The translations under genes and the position numbers were made by a program. Under the pieces are notes generated by a model. It saw nothing but the letters and a program-made list of their open reading frames with translations, did no database searches and was not told the origin of the DNA. A stretch of DNA of 64,000 nucleotides from Patescibacteria group bacterium (GTDB lineage: Bacteria; Patescibacteriota; Patescibacteriia; 2-12-FULL-60-25). The stretch lies in the NCBI GenBank assembly GCA_018063105.1, contig JAGOQX010000001.1:8551-72550 (forward strand). Direction: 5' to 3'. Shown in pieces: positions 27,691 to 36,362 of this stretch (position 1 is its first letter; each line of letters opens with the position of its first letter).

Positions 27691-28380
27691 CTATTTCGTC
27701 GAGCTCGATACCATTTCTGTGTAATGTACTTCAAACAAAAAATTGTACGCGAACATTGACGGCGCAATCGAGGCGAGTTTTCGAAACGGTGGGCGGGTAT
27801 ACCCTTCGAGAACCAACGTCACCGGCGTTTGTGTGAACGTTAATACCCATTTTAAATGTTGAGCATTAAACTGGGTGATATGCGTCGGATCTTCCAGGGG
27901 CGTACAGGCACGTTGACCAAGAAGATACCGGAATCGATGCTTCAAAAAAAACGCATTTGGCACGGTTCCAACGAAACGACCGCCTGGCTTTAGATGTTGA
28001 ATAATTTTGGATACCACGATCTCTGGTTGATATACGTGCTCCAAAACTTCACTGCACAAAATAACGTCGAACTTCCGATCTTCCAATTCAGACCAATCAC
28101 CCAAGAGATCCATGCCGAAAAAGGATCCACGGCCAACCGTGTGTTTTGCACGCTCTATCGCCGTTGGATCAATATCCACACCGACAAGATCGTCTACGCG
28201 ATCTACAAAATGCTTCGTGAGCGTTCCATCACGACACCCAAGATCCAGCCATACCCCACCCTTTGGCGTGTGTCGTATAATCCAATCCGCCCGTTCTTTC
28301 TCTAAAATAGAGAATCCAAGCCTTCCACGACTCTCGTGATGTGACTGATAAAGCTCTGCGAGATGTGAAGTATTGGACAT
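27691..28380 (-). CDS. Class I SAM-dependent methyltransferase
   Basis: 229-aa ORF. WLDLGCRDGTLT motif I, VILCSEVLEHV and LKPGGRFVGTVP. Confidence 0.75.
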   Translation of the reverse strand: MSNTSHLAELYQSHHESRGRLGFSILEKERADWIIRHTPKGGVWLDLGCRDGTLTKHFVDRVDDLVGVDIDPTAIERAKHTVGRGSFFGMDLLGDWSELEDRKFDVILCSEVLEHVYQPEIVVSKIIQHLKPGGRFVGTVPNAFFLKHRFRYLLGQRACTPLEDPTHITQFNAQHLKWVLTFTQTPVTLVLEGYTRPPFRKLASIAPSMFAYNFLFEVHYTEMVSSSTK

Positions 28381-28392
28381 ACGAGAACAGTA

Positions 28393-30549
28393 TCACGTCC
28401 TTTCTGGGTGTTCAATCAATAAAATCAACCGTGCAATTTGAGATGTAACCGTATGCGTTTTCATCGCTATATCCCTCAACTGTATCCTCAGCGACCATCG
28501 TTCTTCCGCCGAAAGTGATACGATTTTTTCCAACGCCTTCACTCGTGCACTATCATCTTTCGCGATCAACCAATGGAGCGACTCCGGAAGGGAATGACGT
28601 AACCCGTCTGTTGCCACAATCGGAATAACGCCACACAACATACTCTCAACAATCACCTTGTCTAGACTTGCTTCACATGCGCTAAATTGAATATCAAATG
28701 TACATAAAAACTTTGGCATCTCGTCATACGGAACCAAAGACGGCCCCCAATGAATCCGGCTCGGGTGTTCTTGAATCACATTCTGTAATTCTCGTTCATA
28801 CATCTGATCTGGTCGCGGACCAACAATTTGCATTGTTCCCCATTCTTCACCCTTCGCATGAAGAAATGATTCCATTAATTCTTCGATACGTTTCACACGC
28901 GTCACTCGTCCCAATGTAATAATCTGTAATCGATCAGAAGACTGTTCTCGTTCACACATGACAAATCGGTCAGATGATATTGCCTGACCTATGCTAACAG
29001 CACGCACAAAAGGGCTCGCGCAAGCCTCTAGAACCGACGTGACGACCGTATGCGCGATAACAGATGCCGGAATTACCCAAGGGTTCACGATGTAATGCGC
29101 ATACCATAAAATGAGCTTCTTTCCAAACAAGCGCCACAACCAACCAGCAATAATCACATACTGAACATCTCCGCGAACGAACACCGCATCATATTCCTTT
29201 CGTCGTCTCCACGATTCTCTCCACACCGTCGACAACGCCGTCCATCGCGATCGAGATTCTCTTGGTCGAAGTGGAATCACCGTTACATTCGCGGGAAGCT
29301 GATATCGACCAACGCGCAACGCGAGGACCGTGATCGTATCAAATTGCGCTGAAGCGGCCACGAGCCACTCATGGAAGAATCCCATCAATGCATCGTCCAA
29401 ATCAACTGCCTGAACCGTGACGAGCAAACGGCGCTTAGAGGTTACACCCTGAAGAACACGCTCTGCATATCGCACCAAGTCCGTTGCATGATCAGCGGAA
29501 TCCCATCGCGCAGCTTCCACGATCGATGCCTCAGAAAATTGTCGTCTCGTCTCCGCGTCACGGAGAAGCGTTCGTACAGACTTCCGAAGTCCCGACTCAT
29601 CCGCAATCGGAACGACAAATCCATTCTCATTGTTTCGAACTGCCTCCCCTGCACAACCCGTATCTGTCGTCACGACCGGACAGCCGCATGCCATCGCCTC
29701 GATCATGACCATTCCCCAACCTTCCCAGGAAGATGGATGAAGCAAACAGGTCGCAGATCGATACCACACGGCAAGATCTGAAGGCGCGAGATGACCGACG
29801 AACAAAATCTGCTGTTGAATGCCGACGGACACAAATCGTTGCTCAATCTCATTTCGAAGATGGCCTATGCCGGCTATCACAAGTTTCAGCAACGGATCTT
29901 CTTTTAACAATGGAATCATGATGTCACACAACAGAAACGGCTCCTTTTCCTCATGCAGACGTCCGACAAACAATACATACGGACCATCATTTTTTCGTTC
30001 GCCCTGAGGAGAAAAAATAGACAGGTCTGTACAGATCGGCATTGAAATTGTTCGTTCAGTTGGAACACCGAAATCTTCAACCACTTGACGACGCAATCGT
30101 TCGCTCACGCAACGAACACCATCCGCTCGTCGCACGATCCACTTACTCAGCGCATTTAACGGGCGATGCGACTTTTTCTGTCTAATCCATTGCGGGTTAT
30201 CCAAATAGTTTCCATGAAGCTGAACGATAAATGGAACGTTGTGCAATCGAGAAAATAGCCAAGCCAAAAATCCAGAATAAGAAGCGTCCTGCGATGTAAC
30301 GATTTGAATTTTTTCTGCGCGTGACAGCGTGAACATTCGAATGAGTGCGTGAAAAAAAATCCAAGGCTTCGAACCTCCGCCGATACGTTCCACAACAACG
30401 CCTGGCGCAAGAACAATTTCAGTAGACGAACCAGAAGCAAGCGCAATAATACGCGCTTCATGCCCCTGAAAATAGGCAACCTGACGACGAGCGGCACTCG
30501 AAGCAGGATCGCATACGGTTCGGTCGATACTGATACTGAGAATTTTCAT
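28393..30549 (-). CDS. Two-module GT-B glycosyltransferase (GT4 module fused to a second GT-B-like module)
   Basis: 718-aa ORF. The N-terminal half carries SSWEGWGMVMIEAMACGCPVVTTDTGCAGEAV. The C-terminal half has a second Rossmann-like pair ending in SLDKVIVESMLCGVIPIVATDG. Confidence 0.75.
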   Translation of the reverse strand: MKILSISIDRTVCDPASSAARRQVAYFQGHEARIIALASGSSTEIVLAPGVVVERIGGGSKPWIFFHALIRMFTLSRAEKIQIVTSQDASYSGFLAWLFSRLHNVPFIVQLHGNYLDNPQWIRQKKSHRPLNALSKWIVRRADGVRCVSERLRRQVVEDFGVPTERTISMPICTDLSIFSPQGERKNDGPYVLFVGRLHEEKEPFLLCDIMIPLLKEDPLLKLVIAGIGHLRNEIEQRFVSVGIQQQILFVGHLAPSDLAVWYRSATCLLHPSSWEGWGMVMIEAMACGCPVVTTDTGCAGEAVRNNENGFVVPIADESGLRKSVRTLLRDAETRRQFSEASIVEAARWDSADHATDLVRYAERVLQGVTSKRRLLVTVQAVDLDDALMGFFHEWLVAASAQFDTITVLALRVGRYQLPANVTVIPLRPRESRSRWTALSTVWRESWRRRKEYDAVFVRGDVQYVIIAGWLWRLFGKKLILWYAHYIVNPWVIPASVIAHTVVTSVLEACASPFVRAVSIGQAISSDRFVMCEREQSSDRLQIITLGRVTRVKRIEELMESFLHAKGEEWGTMQIVGPRPDQMYERELQNVIQEHPSRIHWGPSLVPYDEMPKFLCTFDIQFSACEASLDKVIVESMLCGVIPIVATDGLRHSLPESLHWLIAKDDSARVKALEKIVSLSAEERWSLRIQLRDIAMKTHTVTSQIARLILLIEHPERT

Positions 30550-30560
30550 ACGTGGTCAAC

Positions 30561-31163
30561 CTATTTAATCAAAAACACAGAATAAAAATGTGTGTTTGAT
30601 TTTTTATTCGTCCGAAACAATGTATCAAGGGCATGGGCGAGCGCATCATGAACGGAGCGGAGACGTGTATACAGCGGAGAGAAGTGTGCAATCATCAAAA
30701 ACCAACCGCCATGTTTCTGAAGATGAATCTCGGAATAATCACGACAGATAAGTCGAAGCGTATCATCAAAAAACCTCCAATAATCCGGATACGCGCCCAC
30801 GCCGTGGCGCGCATGATACGAATAGATTGATGGAACCTGAATAAATACCATCCCTCCTGGTTTGAGAATACGGTGCATTTCACGAACTGCATCTGCCGGT
30901 CGTTCAACGTGCTCCAAAACAGAACGGCACATTATTCCATCAACCGACGCATCCGCCATTGGAATCGCGTGGATGTCTCCAACGATGTCTGGATGATAAT
31001 CGGCGGAAACATCTAGCGTCTTGTAATCGCATTCCGTGAACAGTGACTCGAACTTTTTCATCCCCTTCATAAACCGCGTCCCACCACCAACGTCAAGAAT
31101 CGTCTTACACGTTGACATGCGTTGCATGCATTTATTTTCAAATTTCTCAAATGGTCGCTGCAT
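30561..31163 (-). CDS. Class I SAM-dependent methyltransferase
   Basis: 200-aa ORF. ILDVGGGTRF motif I, IMCRSVLEHV and LKPGGMVFIQVP. Confidence 0.75.
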   Translation of the reverse strand: MQRPFEKFENKCMQRMSTCKTILDVGGGTRFMKGMKKFESLFTECDYKTLDVSADYHPDIVGDIHAIPMADASVDGIMCRSVLEHVERPADAVREMHRILKPGGMVFIQVPSIYSYHARHGVGAYPDYWRFFDDTLRLICRDYSEIHLQKHGGWFLMIAHFSPLYTRLRSVHDALAHALDTLFRTNKKSNTHFYSVFLIK

Positions 31164-32271
31164 ATGCGTGAAGAATGGAATAAAACGAATCGATCATTGA
31201 CGACTCTAGCGCCTGCTTCAATACGACATGAGAATGGATTGCTCGTTGAATCTCGTTCATCCACATCATCTCGTCGCGATACGGAACCACGGAAACACCC
31301 GCATCCACCAGTTGTGGCAATTCAACATTTCCTCCTTTATCACTCACGATACACGGCAAACCCGAAGACAGCGCTTCAACGGCGACGTGCGAAAATCCTT
31401 CGTAGCTGGACGGAAGGACGAACAGGTCGGCCGCACGATACCACTCAGCCACCGTTTGCTGATTCTGCTTTCCTAAAAAACGAACACGCGACTCAAGTCC
31501 GAGCGTCTGCATGAGCGATTTCCAACGACCAAGTTCTGGTCCATCGCCGATATGAACGAGGATGAAATTTGATGACAGCTTTGGCAACAACGAAATCAAG
31601 AAATCAACATCTTTCCATGGAACCGCTCGCCCGACAGTCAACAACACTCGCTCCGTCCCAAGATGAAAACGCGAACGCAATTTATCTCGAGTCGAAGAGA
31701 CAGGTGGAAGCTCGACCTGATTATACACGACCTCAATCTTCTCAGATGGCGCGCCCCACTGCTCAACGATGCACTTCAAATAGTGACTTGGTGTCACGAT
31801 CTTTTTTGCGCGGCGAATCGTCCATCGTTCTAAAAATTCCAGCACGCGAATTTTTCCACTGTGACGATGCGTGACGAACATATCAAGCAATTCAGGTTGG
31901 TTTACCGTTCGTTGATAGATTTCCCAGGCATAATCACCGACAACTTTCATCACCATCGGCTTTCTAGCCACCAACGCGCCAATGGTTCCAGGGAACCCTT
32001 CAGACACGGGACCCTGCAAAAAAACGATCTGCGACGTTTTCGCGGCCTTCCAAACCTCGATCGCATATCGGACATATCGAGCGACCGCACCTCCGGCACG
32101 AGATACAACATGCACGTCCCATCCTTCACCCTGAATCGTTTTTTCATCGCCGTAACAAATAACCACCGGCTCATCACCGCGTCGTTTCAATTCACCCGCA
32201 AGGCGATGCACAAAGCTCGCCGGCCCGCCGATGTCTGGTGGATAGATCCCCGTGGCTAGAACGATTTTCAT
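31147..32271 (-). CDS. GT4-family glycosyltransferase
   Basis: 374-aa ORF. MKIVLATGIYPPDIGGPASFV and LPSSYEGFSHVAVEALSSGLPCIVSDKGGNVEL. Confidence 0.85.
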   Translation of the reverse strand: MKIVLATGIYPPDIGGPASFVHRLAGELKRRGDEPVVICYGDEKTIQGEGWDVHVVSRAGGAVARYVRYAIEVWKAAKTSQIVFLQGPVSEGFPGTIGALVARKPMVMKVVGDYAWEIYQRTVNQPELLDMFVTHRHSGKIRVLEFLERWTIRRAKKIVTPSHYLKCIVEQWGAPSEKIEVVYNQVELPPVSSTRDKLRSRFHLGTERVLLTVGRAVPWKDVDFLISLLPKLSSNFILVHIGDGPELGRWKSLMQTLGLESRVRFLGKQNQQTVAEWYRAADLFVLPSSYEGFSHVAVEALSSGLPCIVSDKGGNVELPQLVDAGVSVVPYRDEMMWMNEIQRAIHSHVVLKQALESSMIDSFYSILHAYAATI

Positions 32272-32272
32272 A

Positions 32273-33091
32273 TTACATCCAACGACGAATATTCTCTTTC
32301 AACGTTTTTGGCAATTGAAGTCCCGCATGGCTCGCGGTGCTACTGACCCATTTTCCCATTCGAATCAATCCGACGCGAATCGCGCTTGAAACAGCATACA
32401 TCGTCCGCTGAACAGTCGGCATCGGACGATCAGACGGGATATGAACTGAACCACGAACGATTTCGAACTTCCCCATCTTCAATCCTGTGACGATCGAACT
32501 GACTGGGCGAGGCGACGCCTGCGCCCCTACAGACTCTATATCAAGATGAATCCGTGGACCGCCCCAATGCGACGCTCGGTGAAGATCTAACCCGGCGGAT
32601 GCGAGCAGCTTCGGCAACTTCCGTCGCAGAAATGACAGATACGAAACGGCAGCCGTCCGCGGAACGTGTTTGCCGTCGTATTGCCCATTCCAAATTTCGA
32701 TACCATCTAGCACAGCGAGATGCGCATCCTGGATTTCAAATTGATTTCGATGTGGATGCGCCAACACGATCCACGCTCCGTCTGCTTTCGCTTTTTTCAT
32801 CATCTCAATCGGTATCCCGATCTGTACGGGCGATGAGACACCAATCGCGAGCGTATGAGAATTCCCGCTGGTGATTTCAAAACCCGGGATAAACGACACT
32901 CGATCATCGCTCACACTTCGACATTCATCGATAAACTTTTGCATCTTCTCTTCATCCATTCCTTCCGTGTGCTCGGTCATACAAACAAATGAGATCCCAT
33001 CACGTACCGCAAGATCGCGGATTTCAGATAGCGAAAGTTTCCCATCGTAGGAATGAGTTGAATGGAGATGAACAAGTCCAATGAGCTTCAT
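32273..33091 (-). CDS. PHP-domain metal-dependent phosphoesterase
   Basis: 272-aa ORF. VHLHSTHSYDGKLSLSEIRDLAVRDGISFVCMTEHTE and ...LAHPHR His clusters typical of the PHP fold. Confidence 0.7.
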   Translation of the reverse strand: MKLIGLVHLHSTHSYDGKLSLSEIRDLAVRDGISFVCMTEHTEGMDEEKMQKFIDECRSVSDDRVSFIPGFEITSGNSHTLAIGVSSPVQIGIPIEMMKKAKADGAWIVLAHPHRNQFEIQDAHLAVLDGIEIWNGQYDGKHVPRTAAVSYLSFLRRKLPKLLASAGLDLHRASHWGGPRIHLDIESVGAQASPRPVSSIVTGLKMGKFEIVRGSVHIPSDRPMPTVQRTMYAVSSAIRVGLIRMGKWVSSTASHAGLQLPKTLKENIRRWM

Positions 33092-34278
33092 AATTTCTTT
33101 GAGATTTGATCAACGACTTGCCACAACGACGGCTTCCAATCATCCCAAGATTCAACGTCGTATGACAGACCAGGCTGTTGAAACCGACAGAACTCTTTTA
33201 CCGCATTCCAGCGCTTCTGTCCATCGATTGAAGGCGACGTTGAAAAGAGATATCCGATGAGATGACGGACGTCACCGAGAAGCTGGCGAGAGCGAATCCC
33301 CCTCGTAAATGCTGGCGTTTCGTCGATTTTTCCCATCATGATTTGTTGATAAATGAGCCACGGAAAATCGACTCCAGCCGCAATCGCTAACGGTAGCGAG
33401 CCCCAAAATCGGCCATTGATTTCCATCAAAACCGGCTTCTGCGTCTTCGCATCACGCTTCCACTCTACCATGACCGGACCGGACCAATGTAGTGATTCAA
33501 TGAGACGTTGGCTGTAGCCAAGCATATCCGATGGCGGATCGATACTCTCACGCAAGACGCTCGCACCACCGCTCACATCAAATGAACGAAGACGATGATG
33601 CGCGAATGTGGCCAACGGTTTTCCATCAGATGCGAGAAAGAAGATGCCAAATTCTTCACCGTCAACAAATTCTTGAATCAACGGGGACTCACTAAATCGT
33701 CCCGTCGTTTGTCGCCACACAATCGTTGCTTCTTCGATGTTTTGTACTTTTTGTACCTTTCCCCATTCACCAGTAGATGTTTTCCAAATACAACTGTGAC
33801 GTGGTTTCAAGATGCACGGATAGCTTGTCGCTGACGTGAATATCTGTTCTGCCGCTTCAACCGTTTCAACAACATCTGTCCGCGGAGTTGGGATGTCACA
33901 TTGCTTCGCGAGTTCGCATGTTTTTGATTTATCAAACGCGATCTCAACAGAATCCGGTGAGCTCAACGGAAAACGAACCAGTGAAGCAAACCGTTCGCGC
34001 TGACGGGCGATCGGCAAAAACGTCAGATCGCTAAACGTGAAGAGAACCGGTGACTCAGGTTGACGACGGAGGAACGTTTCGAGGTCATCTAAAAATCCTG
34101 CGAGATCTTTGAGGGGTGAACGATACAAGAATCGCTCAGCGCAATACTTCGAATGAAGCGCCATCGCAGACGATCGTTCCGCACCACAAATAACATGAGC
34201 ACCGTGACGCGCCAAAGATCGCGTTGCTGCGAGCGCGCTCTGCAAGCTTCCATCCAGAACTAAAGCCGGGGCTGACAT
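33088..34278 (-). CDS. ATP-grasp domain protein (carboxylate-amine ligase-like)
   Basis: 396-aa ORF. PCILKPRHS, QEFVDGEEFG and MEINGRFWGSLPLAIAAGVDFPW are typical ATP-grasp elements. ATGA overlap with the PHP gene. Confidence 0.7.
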   Translation of the reverse strand: MSAPALVLDGSLQSALAATRSLARHGAHVICGAERSSAMALHSKYCAERFLYRSPLKDLAGFLDDLETFLRRQPESPVLFTFSDLTFLPIARQRERFASLVRFPLSSPDSVEIAFDKSKTCELAKQCDIPTPRTDVVETVEAAEQIFTSATSYPCILKPRHSCIWKTSTGEWGKVQKVQNIEEATIVWRQTTGRFSESPLIQEFVDGEEFGIFFLASDGKPLATFAHHRLRSFDVSGGASVLRESIDPPSDMLGYSQRLIESLHWSGPVMVEWKRDAKTQKPVLMEINGRFWGSLPLAIAAGVDFPWLIYQQIMMGKIDETPAFTRGIRSRQLLGDVRHLIGYLFSTSPSIDGQKRWNAVKEFCRFQQPGLSYDVESWDDWKPSLWQVVDQISKKL

Positions 34279-35213
34279 ATATCAACAATCTGTCGCATCG
34301 TAAGCTGTTCGAGATCTTGCGATTTTCGCGCAGCGTCAACGACTTTAAAAATCATTTCCAATCCGCCGATCAGTCCGTTTGGATCAGAGGCAATATTGAA
34401 CGGATGAAACCACAGATGAAAGACACGCTTCTGTTGCATCGCCTCATCAATCCCCTTCACGACCTTGCGGACACGTGCCATGACGGGCAATCCTTTTCCC
34501 CAACCATGGCGATGTGGATAATAATAGCTTCCCGGAATATTCCAGATCCCATCTTCAAACTTCGGCATCACCGTTCGCGCTGGGATCAGCGCATATTCAT
34601 CGACAACATGTGCGACGCGCTTCAACAGACCAGGCGCATGTCGATACCACGTGTTGTCCGGTCCCCGATACGCAGTGAATCCATTTCGAGATAACAACGG
34701 AACATGACGGACAACATTTTCTGGGTAGACGAATGACGTTAGTTTTGGAAGAGCTTGCAACACGGCGATGGACTGACAGGCGCGCAACTCAGATTCGAAA
34801 CAGGCCTCTGAACATCCAGGATCATCCGCACGAACATGAGAAAACGTGTGACATCCAATTTCTTGCGGCACCTTACATGACCGAATTTTTTCAACAATAT
34901 CTTTTCCATACCAGATCGGATCCGTCTGCACATCCGTCGCTGGATCAACAGAAAACCAATCTGATCGTGGCGACATGATCTCGGGATGTTTTACCCCGTT
35001 TACAGGTTCACAGTGATCCAAAAATAGATGGCCAACAACAGCCCATGTTGCCGCAATATGATACTTTTCACAGAGACCCAAAAGACGATCAATCACAACC
35101 CGCGTCCGCTCATAGTCCGGACGAAGTGATGCACGACCTCGCGTGCCCCAAGCCAGCTCCGTATCAATAGAGAGTGTGAAAATTCCTTTTGGAAGCTGAA
35201 TCATTTTTTCCAT
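34260..35213 (-). CDS. Polysaccharide deacetylase-like (CE4-related) protein
   Basis: Start trimmed to MEKMIQ (ATG at 35213, 1 nt after the upstream stop). FTLSIDTELAWG and CHTFSHV motifs. 19-nt overlap with the ATP-grasp gene. Confidence 0.65.
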   Translation of the reverse strand: MEKMIQLPKGIFTLSIDTELAWGTRGRASLRPDYERTRVVIDRLLGLCEKYHIAATWAVVGHLFLDHCEPVNGVKHPEIMSPRSDWFSVDPATDVQTDPIWYGKDIVEKIRSCKVPQEIGCHTFSHVRADDPGCSEACFESELRACQSIAVLQALPKLTSFVYPENVVRHVPLLSRNGFTAYRGPDNTWYRHAPGLLKRVAHVVDEYALIPARTVMPKFEDGIWNIPGSYYYPHRHGWGKGLPVMARVRKVVKGIDEAMQQKRVFHLWFHPFNIASDPNGLIGGLEMIFKVVDAARKSQDLEQLTMRQIVDICQPRL

Positions 35214-35214
35214 A

Positions 35215-36360
35215 TCAGTGCTTCGTGATCTCTTCGAACAGTTCACGCACCTGACGCGCAACAACATCCCACGAGAATCGTTCCTTCACCATCTTCGCGG
35301 CTCGTTCACAAATCTCTGTTCGTGATTCTGTTGAAGAATTCATCACTCGCTCAACCGTACTAGCAACACTCTTTGGATTTAATGGTTCACAAACAAACCC
35401 CGTTTGACCGTCCGTCAAAAAATCAGGAATGCCGCCGACCATCGTTCCGATGACCGGAACACCGACTCCCATTGCCTCGAGAAATGAATTCCCCAAACCT
35501 TCAGTCAGTGCTGCACGGATAAACACGTCCGATGCGCGTAGTACCTCCGGAAGACGATCATGCGTGACCAAACCGAGGAACTTCACCCGATGATCAAGAC
35601 CTAGCACATGCACACGATCACGAAGTATCTGCTCGAGATGACCGAAGCCACAGATAACAAAACAGACGTGCTCTGGAAGCAATGGAAGAGCCTCGATCAC
35701 ATCCTGTACGCCATTCTTTTTCACTAATCGCGAAGCCGTCATTAATATAAATGCATCTGGCGCAAATCCAAACGACTGACGAACCTCAGCAAGACGATCA
35801 GATGAAATAGTTTTTGAAAAATTTTCAATATCAACGCCGTTTGGAATTACGCGTGAGACTGAACCGCCAAACCCCATTCGCCCTCCCCAGCGTTCGAGGA
35901 ATATTGAAATCGCCTGCACGGCCACAGCATTCTGAAAAATCTGATGGAACCACGGACGAATCCATCTTGTTCGTCGGTCGATATCTTCAAACGCGTCACC
36001 CTCTTGAAGCGTTAATAGATATGGCAAGCCGCAAAGACGTTTTGTTTTTGCGGCAGCCAAACCGCCCCATGACGCCATCATACTCCAAGCGATATCAAAT
36101 TTTTTCCGTCGATGCGCACGTGCGACAATGAACGGCGACTGCAAGACAAGCAAAAATTTGTCCACAATTCCCCAGGCAAATCCGTATCTGTGAATGAGGG
36201 CGTTCCCAACCTGCTGTGTTCTTGGACGACCCGTAAATAATTTTGCGCAGTGAATATCGAATTCAATCTCCGGAAGGCGTTTAATAATTTCACCCAATGC
36301 AACCTCAGCGCCTCCAGCTGGAGGTAAAAAATCATCTGTTGTGAAAACAGCGATTCTCAT
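35215..36360 (-). CDS. GT4-family glycosyltransferase
   Basis: 381-aa ORF. MRIAVFTTDDFLPPAGGAEV and ALTEGLGNSFLEAMGVGVPVIGTMVGGIPDFL. Confidence 0.85.
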   Translation of the reverse strand: MRIAVFTTDDFLPPAGGAEVALGEIIKRLPEIEFDIHCAKLFTGRPRTQQVGNALIHRYGFAWGIVDKFLLVLQSPFIVARAHRRKKFDIAWSMMASWGGLAAAKTKRLCGLPYLLTLQEGDAFEDIDRRTRWIRPWFHQIFQNAVAVQAISIFLERWGGRMGFGGSVSRVIPNGVDIENFSKTISSDRLAEVRQSFGFAPDAFILMTASRLVKKNGVQDVIEALPLLPEHVCFVICGFGHLEQILRDRVHVLGLDHRVKFLGLVTHDRLPEVLRASDVFIRAALTEGLGNSFLEAMGVGVPVIGTMVGGIPDFLTDGQTGFVCEPLNPKSVASTVERVMNSSTESRTEICERAAKMVKERFSWDVVARQVRELFEEITKH

Positions 36361-36362
36361 AG

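Noticed and set aside
27690-27767. 26-codon N-terminal extension of the AsnB-like ORF (MRRQCSRTIF...)
   Set aside because: Ntn amidotransferases require Cys as the first residue after Met removal. The internal MCGIVGC start at 27689 abuts the upstream stop, so the extension is spurious.
32273-33091. The PHP protein as a CpsB/Wzh-type capsule tyrosine phosphatase
   Set aside because: No BY-kinase (Wzd/Wze, CpsC/D) is present, and the locus uses an ABC exporter rather than a Wzy-dependent route. The sequence shows only generic PHP His motifs.
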